Shown one piece after another: positions 1 to 10,020 of a stretch of 64,000 bases of DNA. The notes under the pieces were generated by a model, which saw nothing but the letters and a program-made list of their open reading frames with translations, did not search any database and was not told the origin of the DNA. The DNA comes from Azolla caroliniana (taxonomy: Eukaryota > Plantae > Polypodiophyta): the NCBI GenBank assembly GCA_043228905.1, contig JBHGNT010000001.1, forward strand, positions 21,390,001-21,454,000. The letters are read 5' to 3'. The position numbers and the translations under genes were made by a program. Within the stretch, counting starts at the first letter, position 1. Every line of letters begins with the position of its first letter.

Positions 1-102
1 GGGCTATGAACACATTGCTAACTTGCTTAGAGGGAATGGAACCACTAATGGGCTGCACAGATCTAGGGTTGTCCAACCAAACATCTCATATTTTGGCTGG
101 AC

Positions 103-1092
103 TTAGTCGTTTAACTCTTCTTCTAACTGACTAAGGACATCAAATTTGTTCGCTAGATTTAGGCTATTAGTACTATTAGGACTATCAGATATCCCTACTA
201 AAATGGACTCGGGTTTAGTACAATCAGAACTAGCAACTATTTGGTTTACCTGCCTTCTTGGCCTATGGGGACAGTTTACCACGATATGCCCTGGTTCACC
301 ACAATAAAGACATAGTCGGTTTGCTCAGCGTCGTTGCTTTTATTCTTCCGATAGCGGTCCACGACAACGTGTGGTGTCAATTTCCATCGGAGTTGGAGTA
401 CTTACTGGAGGTGCATTATATGACTGCCTTGAAAAAGGTTTCGCTACCATTGAGGCATAGCTAGGCTCTGATCTTGCCCTCAGAATCTGGAATTGTCGTT
501 CTGAACGTCGTTCGAAGAGGCGGTTGTCGCATCTCACTGCACGACTGATTGCTTCTTTTAATGACTTTGGCTCTTCGGGGAAGGTCAACAGTAAATCCTT
601 GACATTGTTGCGTAAACCATAAAGAAATTTCTCCATCAATGCGTGATCATCCCAAGGGATATCGGTAGCGAGTAGGTGGAAATCCACAACGTATGCGGAG
701 GCTAGACGGTCACCTTGGCGTAATCGTTGGATTTTGTTGATTGCATTCCTTATGCTGTCAGTATCTCCAAAACAGGCCTTAAACTCACTTATAAATTCTT
801 CAAAACTGTTTAGTAATGGAGATTCCTTTTCCAAAAATGGAGCAAACCATGCTAACGTTGAGCCACTAAGGAGAGTGCCTACTAGTCCCACTCGTGATGC
901 ATCGCTGGGATATCGAGAAGGATGCATTTGTATCACTAAACGTACCTGATTCAAAAACCCTCTAAACTGTGATTGGGTCCCATCAAATTTTGTAGGAAGA
1001 CCGATCTTGGGTTCTTTGTGAATCCCTTGCGTGCTTGATCCTTGTTGTTGTAATGATACGATAGTCACTTCGAATTGTTGTACACGTAACAT
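103..1092 (-). pseudogene. gag: Ty3/gypsy chromovirus (Tcn1-like) gag, inverted relative to the adjacent pol
   Basis: ORF 340-1092 reads PTKFDG..FRGFLNQ..LRQG..PTPMEID. The same frame continues past stops at 340 and 325 into a CLYCGEPGHIVVNC zinc knuckle and ends at TAA 103-105. Confidence 0.85.
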
Positions 1093-1402
1093 CAGCTCCC
1101 CATGTTGTTATTATTTTTCCAACGCTATTTGTTGAAGATACCCCAACAAACGATGATTTTCTTGTTCTAGTGCTACAAATTTCTCTTTTAAGCAATGGAG
1201 CTTCGAGAAAACAGATTGGTATTCCTAAGCGCTAACAGTTTCCATTTTACTAGGGAGGATAAGAGGATTAATAAGAAGATAAAAGGAAGAGGAGGAAAGG
1301 AAGATACGGAAGGAGGAACGAGCAAAATCGGTAAAGCCCTCAAACACCATTAAAGAGGAGTTCACCATTCAACTTCCAAAGAAGTATCATCATTATGCCG
1401 AT

Positions 1403-3739
1403 GTGTTCGATAAAGCACAAGCCAATACGCTTCCTCACCATCGACCATATGATTGCCCCATCGATTTACAACTGGGGAAAGAGCCACCATGGGGGCCGAT
1501 CTACAATTTGCCACCAACCGAGCTAGAAGTCCTGCGAGCCTATATAGAGGAGAATTTGGAATATGGTTTCATTCGGCATTCGAAATCTCCAGCCAGCGCA
1601 CCCATTTTCTTCGTCAAGAAAAAGGATGGATCACTTCGTCTCGTTGTAGATTACCGTGGCTTGAATAAGGTGACAATCAAAAATAGGTATGCACTTCCCC
1701 TTATCTCAAGTCTTTTAGAACGGATCAATGGTGCCAGGTTCTTCACGAAGATCGACTTACGGGGAGCCTATAACCTCGTACGGATCCGACCAGGAGATGA
1801 ATGGAAGACTGCGTTTCGCACCAGATATGGGCACGTCGAGTATACAGTCATGTCGTTCGGCCTCACTAATGCGCCGGCAGTCTTCCAACACATGGCAAAT
1901 GATATATTCCGAGATCTCTTGGATGTTTGTTTGATCATCTATTTGGATGATCTACTGGTTTATTTGAAGACCCAAGAAGAGCATGATTCTCATGTACTCT
2001 TAGTACTAAAACGACTTCGAGAACATGGTCTTTATGCAAAGCTGGAAAAATGTAGTTTTGGGTGCAACCAGGTGGATTTCTGGGCTATGTCATTTCCTCG
2101 GAAGACATCTCCATGGACCCAACTAAGGTCAAAACTGTGGTAGAGTGGCAGACTCCGCGTTCGGTGCGAGATGTGCAATGCTTTTTAGGCTTTGCCAATT
2201 TTTACCGGACGTTCATACAGGATTACTCAAAGCTCGTTCTGCCTCTCACATAGCTTACCAGGAAGGGACAATCGTTCGTTTATTCTAAAGAAGCAGACAT
2301 GGATTTCGAGAGTCTTAAAAAGGCATTTACATCGTCTCCAATTCTAGCTCATGTCAATCCGGAAAAACCATTCATTATCAAAGCAGACGCATCGGATTTC
2401 GCATTGGGGAGCATTCTGTCACATCCTGTGGCTTTTCACTCACGCAAGTTTGATGCCACAGAAATAAACTACGAAATTCATGATAAGGAGCTATTGGCAA
2501 TAGTGGACTCTTTTACGCAATGGAGGCATTTTCTAAAAGGATCCTCTCATCAAGTCACCGTATTCAGTGACCACAAAAACCTTGCCTACTTTCAGGACGC
2601 TCGTGTGTTAAATCGACGTCAAGCTCAGTGGGCCCACTTCCTCACGCGTTTCGACTTCAAAATTACATATCGTCTAGGGAAGCACCAAGGGAAGGCAGAT
2701 GCATTATCACGGCGTTCGTACCTAGCACCGCGTCCCGGTGAGCCAACTTTTGATAACCAAAAGCAAGTAATCTTGGGACCGACACGATTGCAAGCAACAC
2801 AGGTCTTTGGTATGCCAATGGATTCCCACGTTAGCCGGAGGAGAGGTTACATGAGGACTTGAAGACCAATGCTTTCGCCCAAGCCATTCTTCAAGGTCAC
2901 GTGTAACCTCTCCTCCGGCTACCACCCACAAATGGATGGCCAAGCAGAACGAACAAATCAAACACTGGAGCAGTATCTTCGGTGCTTTCTAATCTATCAT
3001 CAGGATGACTGGGTAGATATTCTCCACTTCACTGAATTTTCCTACAATAACTCTGTCCATGCATCGACTAAAGTTACGCCATTTTATGCTTACACGGGTT
3101 CTCACCCCCGGTGGTGTGTATTTGAAACTCCAGAGTTGTCCACAAATCCTTGCGTAGAGGAGCGTTTAGAGCGGTTACACAAGATACAAGCCGATTTATC
3201 TACTCATCTCCAACAAGCTCAACAAACACACAAGGTTTATGCGGATCGTCATCGACTTCCATCCAGTTTTAACATTGGAGATCGGGTATAGCTACTACGA
3301 TGACACATCAAGACTACTCACCCATGCGAGAAGTTGGATTATCGGCAATTAGGTCCTTTTCGTATTGATAGGAAAGATTAATGATGTCGCTTTTCTTCTC
3401 GATCTACCTCCGCAACTTCGGATACATCCGGTGTTTCATAGTTCTCTCCTCGAACCCTATCAAGAGAACACCATCCTAGGACGTATTACACAGCCTCCAC
3501 CCCCGATCTAGCTTGAAGATGGACGTGAGTACGAGGTTGCCGCCATCCTTGATTCCAAGATTGTTCGCAACAAGCTCTACTATCTAGTCGATTGGCTAGG
3601 ATATAGTCCCAACGAGCGTACTTGGGAACCAATCGAGAATGAGACTAATGTTTGTGCTCTTCTTGAAGACTTCCATCGTCAATATCCAGACAAACCGGGT
3701 CCTCAATCGAAAACGACTCGTGACACCGGGTTGTTTTAA
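1403..3739 (+). pseudogene. pol: Tcn1-like chromovirus pol (RT-RNaseH-partial integrase-chromodomain), frameshifted
   Basis: RT motifs [10 protein letters not shown] and YLDD; RNaseH ADASDFALG..NYEIHDKELLAI; integrase SGYHPQMDGQAERTNQ with most of its N-terminal part deleted near 2880; chromodomain EYEVAAILDSKIVRNKLYYLVDWLGY..TWEP at about 3527-3697. Confidence 0.92.
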
Positions 3740-3750
3740 AGGGAGGATAG

Positions 3751-4560
3751 TGTCATGATATGGCAAGACTTGAACCCATGACCTTATGCTACATGGGTCG
3801 AGCTCTTGACCATTACACCATACATTGTAATACATAGAATTATTTTCATTTATGTTTTATTATAGAAAATTGATGTATATTCCAAATTTCTCTAGAACAT
3901 TCTAGAAACTTCAGGAGTATTCCTGAGAACACTATAAAAGGAGGCACAAGGCATTATTTCGAACCAAATCAGTTCAGCACCAGTCTTAAGCCTCCTAGCT
4001 ATTACTGTACATTCTCTTCACATAATATATATCTTTTCTTATCATCACTCTCTCTCTCTCTCTCTCTCTCCCTCCCTCTCACTCACTCTTTTCTTCTCTC
4101 GAGAGTTCTTCACCTCTCTTAGTACTAATACTTCTTTTAGTACTAATTCCTTCTCTGTCTTAGTACTGTTCCTAACAATAAGATTAAGATGAGATAGGCA
4201 AAGAGTTGACCCAAAAGTATATGTATTGATTACTGAATAGAGCAATTACAAGGGTAGTACAAACTGATTATAATTGGTAACACACTCTCTCTTAATACAG
4301 ATCTTCGAATATAAACTTAATCACTCTGGCTCTAAATAGTGATATCTTCTATTTGTCTTTCCTTCTGCTACTTTCTGATTTATATATAACTTTCTCCTTA
4401 AACGACATGTTCCAACTACTCTTTTCTAATCCTCGGCTTATGTTTCGGCTGCTAGTGTTTGGGTCTTTTCCTCTTTTCATGCTTTGACCTACTCGTCCCC
4501 TTTCAAACTTTACTTTAAGATTCTTTCCAAACCTCATGCCTTTAGTCCCATGGATAACAC
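3751..4560 (+). repeat. 3' LTR of the chromovirus (right end uncertain)
   Basis: PPT aaagggaggatag at 3738-3750 followed directly by TGTCA; TATAAAAG near 3932; (CT)n tract. Confidence 0.6.
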
Positions 4561-6860
4561 CTGGCACACATGTGGCACAGTGCCTTGTATGTCAAACCCA
4601 AAAAAATAATTTGAAAAATGAACATATTGCCATTCGAAAAAATGCTATGATACACTTATTCCTCCAAAAGTGTCGTGATCCACCTGCTCTGGCTACTCTG
4701 GTTTGAGCTCGGCCGTCAATTCTAGCCATTCGTTTGTTAATGCCAGAATAACCTCTTGGGCATTTTCTGGTTGAGTCGCCTCTGCTTGTGTTGGCTTGTC
4801 TAAGTGGAGCTCGACCGACAATTCTAGTCATTGGTCTACATCCGCCAACGTAGCTTCTGGAGCCATCTCCTACTGCTTTGGCTTTGTGATCTGGTTGGCC
4901 CTCAGTTCAATCATTGCATCTTCTATTTTTGGCACTTGTGTTGCTTGTTTGGTCAACACGTCGTTGATGCATGTGCCATGGCTTCAACTTCCTTCTCAGC
5001 CCGGAAGCACTCACATTCATATCCTTCCTGTAAAAGAATAAGTGTGTGGAAGCTCATGCGTAAGACACTGAGTACACGGTTTGGGCTTACGATAGTTCGA
5101 TAAAACATAGAAATCATAGAGAAGGAGAGGGAGAGACAGATAGACAGAAGAAAACTTAACTACATTCAGAATAGTTCTCTGTATGTTCTATGTACATACT
5201 TGGTGCTTAGTGAGCACCTTTTATACAAGCCCTGACTATCGGGGTGACACGAGTACTTACGGTACCTGACTGCTAAAAAATGAGCATCCTACACTTACCC
5301 CCAAAATTATTCCTTACGAGATATAACATTCTAACGGTCTCTCGGTTTACATACCGCTACGGCGATATTTTGCGCACGGTTTTACGCACCTGTTTACGCT
5401 CCCAATGTTGAGCTTGTCTCTCAACACTCCCCCTCAACCTCAACTTGAGGTTCCATATGCTTTCCTGGATCTTCGCTCCAGCCTCTCCTGGCTTCATGCC
5501 TCGCTCACGCTCCTCGACTCGTTCGATTCCGCGCGCTTCGACCCTTCCGGTCAGCTTCCCTGCTCATGCGGCCTTTCTCAGTTCTCTTGCTATCGCGACG
5601 GTGTTGCCACAAACCCAGCTCAACCAAGAAATGTCGTAACTTGTCGAGACCAAGGGGCTTGGTGAAGATGTCGACAATCTGCCAACCCGCCGGAACATAC
5701 GCTAGTTCGACTTCACCAGAAAAGACACGCTCGCGGACAAAATGGTAGTGCACCTCAATGTGCTTAGTCCGAGCGTGGAATACAAGGTTTTTCGCAAGGT
5801 GGATGTTGTTGAGGTTGTCGCAGTAGATTGTCATTGGATCAGACACCTTTACTTGCAGATCCCGTAATAGCTGTTTCAGCCAAATGACTTCACACGTAGT
5901 GACATTTGCCCCACAATATTCGGCCTCTGTGCTCGACAATGCTATTGTCAGATGCTTCTTACCGCTCCACGTGATCGCCGCACTTCCGAATGAGAATGCG
6001 TATCCAGATGTGGATCTATTATCGTGGGCATTTCCGGCCCAATCGGCATCCATGTAGCCGACTAACTGCTCGGCAACGTCAACACGATACAACAATGCCA
6101 TGTCTTTCGTGCCGTTGACATATCGTAATATCCTTTGCGCGCACTAAAGGTGTTCAGTTGTGGGTTGCGACATAAATTGACTGATCATTCCGACCGAATA
6201 GCTGAGGTCCGGCCAAGTGATCGTCAAGTAGATGAGACTTCTGACAATCTGTCAAAACCGTATCGTAATATCCTTTACATTTCTATCCAAAGGGGTCGAG
6301 ATGGGCTTACAATCTACCATCCCGAACTTGAAAAGCATATTCAGCGCGTAGTGATGCTGACTAATCAATATGCGTTCGGGGGAACGGATCACTTCGATCT
6401 CGAGGAAGTAATGAAGCTTGCCAAGATCCTTCATTTTGAACAATGCCGTAAGCTGAGACTTTACGTGGACAATTTCTTCGAGGTGCGCACCGACGATAAC
6501 TAAATCATCAACATAAAGTAAAAGACAAACCAATCCATGTTGACCTTGCCGAATGAACAACAAGGAGTCCAATTTGGACGTTGTAAACCCCATTCTACAC
6601 ACACAACAGTTACGTAATCTTCGCGTTCCAAGCTCGCGGGGCTTGCTTAAGGCCGTATAATGCCTTCTTCAATCGGCAGACCACTGAAGTGTTCTGTTCG
6701 GATAGAAATCCGGGGGGCTGTACCATGTACACCTGTTCCTCATTTAAGGTTTGCCTTACGGCTTTGCAAGGAGTGCAGGTCGGTATACCACTCGAGTATG
6801 GAGCGTGTCCACTCTTGATAGCAATGGGCCCCCCCGAACCCATTACTATCGTAGATGTAA

Positions 6861-6919
6861 CCAGGACTTCCCGGGAGGTCACCCATCCCAGTACTGTTCT
6901 GGCTCAAGCACGCTTAACT
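6861..6919 (-). promoter_or_regulatory. 5S rRNA-derived internal control region (box A-IE-box C), copy 1
   Basis: Minus strand reads AGTTAAGCGTGCTTGAGCCAGAACAGTACTGGGATGGGTGACCTCCCGGGAAGTCCTGG, matching the 3' half of plant 5S rRNA. The 5' half of 5S is absent. Confidence 0.9.
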
Positions 6920-7270
6920 TGCAATGCTTGAAGCATCCAGACAACCACAAAACTCATGGCATGTGAGTTGCCAAGGTAGGTAGGAATGTGCTACACATTG
7001 ATCCCCGGCAAGTGGTTGGTATACCAATTGCAAACGTCACACCAGTTACAAGCGTGAACTACGCAACCACCAGAGGCCCGTGATTAGCAGTCACCTCATG
7101 ACGGCGGGTTCTACACTCAGGTGTAATCCCTCCATAGTATATTAGCATCACATTTAGGGTTTGCCTTACGGCTTTGCAAGGAGTGCGGGTCGGTATACCA
7201 CTCGAATATGGAGCGTGTCCACTCTTGATAGCAATGGGCCCCCCCGAACCCATTACTATCGTAGATGTAA

Positions 7271-7329
7271 CCAGGACTTCCCGGGAGGTCACCCATCCCA
7301 GTACTGTTTTGGCTCAAGCACGCTTAACT
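7271..7329 (-). promoter_or_regulatory. 5S rRNA-derived internal control region, copy 2
   Basis: Same 59-nt sequence with one substitution. An 11-nt remnant of a third copy lies at 7702-7712. Confidence 0.9.
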
Positions 7330-7807
7330 TGCAATGCTTGAAGCATCCAGGAAACCACAAAACTCATGGCATGTGAGTTGCCAAGGTAGCTAGGAATGTG
7401 CTACACATTGATCCCCGGCAAGTGGTTGGCGGTCACCCGCGAGTGGATGGTATACCGATTGCAAACGTCACACCAGTTACAAGCGTGAACTACGCAACCA
7501 CCAAAGGCCCGTGATTAGCAGCCACCTCATGATGGCGGGTTCTACACTCAGGTGTAATCCCTCCATAGTATATTAGTATCACATTTAGGGTTTTCCTTAC
7601 GGCTTTGCAAGGAGTGCGGGTCGGTATACCACTCGAATATGGAGCGTGTCCACTCTTGATAGCAATGGGCCCCCCCGAACCCATTACTATCGTAGATGTA
7701 ACCAGGACTTCCTAGGACCAAATGGTCGAAACAAGGAGTGCGTAGGGATAGGCACACGACGATTAGAGGGTGCTTAAGCTAAACAAGAGAAAGTAGGCAA
7801 CATACAC

Positions 7808-7851
<44 letters not shown>

Positions 7852-7872
7852 TTTTTAATTCAAAGAGGGTGG

Positions 7873-7927
7873 TGGTCTTAGGCAAACTAGTTTCGCTGAA
7901 TAGTGGAGCTCTTCAGTGCAAAGACCA
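7873..7927 (-). ncRNA. Minimal type I hammerhead ribozyme in PLE 3' region
   Basis: Minus strand: tggtctt-t-gca CTGAAGA gct-ccactattc-agc GAAA c-ta-g TT^ tgc-ct-aagacca. Stem I and stem II pair, and the stem III region AAACTAGTTT is palindromic. Confidence 0.85.
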
Positions 7928-8172
7928 TTACAACAAGAGAATGTGATTTATAAAGGGGTGGGAAGGAAGAGGGAGTGAGAGAAAAGGAGTGGAGAGGATT
8001 TGATTTGTGTAGTAGATGAGAGAGAATAGAATGTGGTGATGAGACAGAGAGAGTGAGAGAGAGAGAAATGTGTGTAGGAAAGTGATAGGGAATGAGAGAG
8101 GGGGAATTAGTATAATGATGATGGTGAGGGGGGAGTTCTTAATGTGATGAAAAAGGGGGATTTAGGATAATA

Positions 8173-8387
8173 TTAAGTGGGGGATGTCAGTGAATTATTT
8201 GAAAACTTAGTGTTAAGTGGGGGATTTGGGCGGATTGTTTGAAACTTTAGTCTTAAGTGGGGGATTTGGGTGGATTGTTTGAAAATTTAGTCTTACGTGG
8301 GGGATTTTGGTGGATTGTTTGAAAACTTAGTTTTAAGTGGGGGATTTTGGTGGATTTTTTGAAGGATTTTTTGAAAACTTAGTCTTA
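8173..8387. repeat. 40-bp minisatellite, about 5 copies, overlapping the PLE stop codon
   Basis: ttaagtgggggatt..gaaaacttag repeats at 8173, 8213, 8253, 8293 and 8333. Confidence 0.9.
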
Positions 8388-10020
8388 ACTAGGAGGGCAT
8401 GTAAGGACTTAGATTTTGTCCAACATACGAAAGGTTGTGAGATGCTTGTAAGCTCAGGATCTAACATTAAGTCATTATAGAGATTTTTTAGAAAACTATG
8501 AATGCCTAGTTTTGGGGTATGTTTGGTGTATCTAAGTTTAAATATTGTGGGGTTAAGGGAAGTAATAGTTTTGGGTTGATATAGGAGTGTTTTTCTAAGA
8601 CTAAAAGGTATTTTCTTATAGCTTTTTAGTATAAAGGACGGAGGGTAACCACGGTTAACTAGTCTATTGAAAAAGAGTTTTTTCATTTGGTAGAAACCTA
8701 ATGGGGTGCTTTCTCTAATGAGATATCTCTTCACTTCATTAGTGATAAAGTGTTGTTTCGTATGGGAAGGATGATCCGATGAAAAAGGCAAGTATTGGTA
8801 TGAATTGAGAGGTTTTTGAAAACAATTGAATAAGAAAGATGAATTTTCGAGGTTGATCCATATGTCTAAAAAAGGTAGCCGAAAGGGGGAAGTTTGAATG
8901 GTAAGCTTGATGGAGTTATTTGTGTGTAAAGGGTAAAAGTCATAATATTCTAAAAGTTGAGATTTGGTGCCTGTCCAAACCCCAAATGCATCATCAATAT
9001 AGCGGATGAAGTAGAAGAGATGGGGGGGCGATGGTTGTAAGTTTTCGAGATATACTAAAAAGAGGCATGCATATACGACTGAAAAGTTGCTACCCATGGC
9101 CGTACCTTTTATTTGTTGGTAAACTACATCATCGAAAGTGAGATAGTGATATTCTAAAATAAGGGCACTAAGGGTATAGATGAGATTTGTTTTCGAAGGG
9201 GAAAAGTGGGGGGTGATTAGACTACGTAGGGCTTGGAGTCCTAGCTTAGGGGGGATACTAGGATAGAGAGATTCAACGTCAAACGTGAATAAGAAACTAT
9301 TAGATGGTGGGTGTAGGTTTTCTAGTGATTGGATTAGTGTGTGAGAGTCTTTTAGATATTGTGGTTGGAGAAGGAGGATTGGTAGAAGTTGGTGGTGTAA
9401 CCACTTTGATGTTTGTTCAAATAAGGAGTTATTATATGAACAAATGGGCCGGAAACCCATAGGTGTTTTGTGTAATTTAGGGAGGAAATAGAGGTTGGAT
9501 ACTTGATATCCTTTTTTGGGTTTGTGGAGGATGAAATTAGCTTCAATTGGGGAAAGTGTACCAAAGTGGTTTGTTATTATGTTATTAAGGCTGTATAGTA
9601 ACTCTTCCAAGGGGAAGTGGCTGACTCTCTTATAGGTGGTAGAATTCGAGAGGTGTTTTATGGCTTTGGTGTAGTATGTGTCTTTATCTAGAACACATAC
9701 TCCCATATTTTTATCGGCTGGGAGGATGATAATGTGTTTGTTGTGTTGGAGGCTTTTAAAGGCTCTAGAGAGGTGGTATGGGATTCTAGTGTTTATGGGC
9801 TTAGTGTTGTGTGCTATTTGGTTAAGGATGTGTTGGTGTTTTTCTATTATGGAGACTAGGGGTGGATATTCTGTGGGTGGCATCCAACTAGGGTTAGGTA
9901 GTTTGAAGGGGTTGAGAGGAAGTGAAGGTGTATTCCTAAAAAAATGTTTTAGCTTGAGGGATCTAGAGAGGTGGGTGAATTCTTTTAGGATATTGTTGGG
10001 TGAGGGAGGTGGGGATCTAG
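8333..10020 (-). CDS. Penelope-like reverse transcriptase, uninterrupted, 5'-truncated, no C-terminal GIY-YIG
   Basis: PLE-type motifs IIILPADKNMG, YFLPKLHK..RPI, FDVESLYPSIP, GTAMGS, RYIDD, LPFLDI, YLPFSSDHP and RGYP. The first ~7 codons of the called ORF (10021-10042) are copia sequence. Confidence 0.92.

Larger units (their letters stand above)
6741..7712 (-). repeat. About 2.3 tandem copies of a 410-431 bp unit with 5S-derived core and telomere-like motif
   Basis: The catttagggttt anchor recurs at 6741 (catttaaggttt), 7151 and 7582. Copies are near-identical apart from a 21-bp indel at about 7430-7450. Confidence 0.95.
6743..10020 (-). mobile_element. Penelope-like element (PLE), 5'-truncated, inserted into copia A RT
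   Basis: The copia motif NAFLQGDL|EEQVY is split exactly between 10021 and 6742 with no TSD. The insert contains a PLE RT ORF, a hammerhead and tandem 3' repeats. Confidence 0.9.

Noticed and set aside
3758-3823. Functional tRNA gene
   Set aside because: A and B boxes are present, but the acceptor, D and anticodon stems do not pair properly.
6861-7329. 5S rDNA array
   Set aside because: Only ~59 nt of the 3' half of 5S is present, with no 5' half and no oligo-T terminator after it, so these are not functional 5S genes.
6741-7712. Canonical Cassandra TRIM tandem array
   Set aside because: TGTAAC..GTTACA brackets exist, but there is no tggtatcagagc PBS, no PPT and no TSD beside them. Kept only as an alternative origin.
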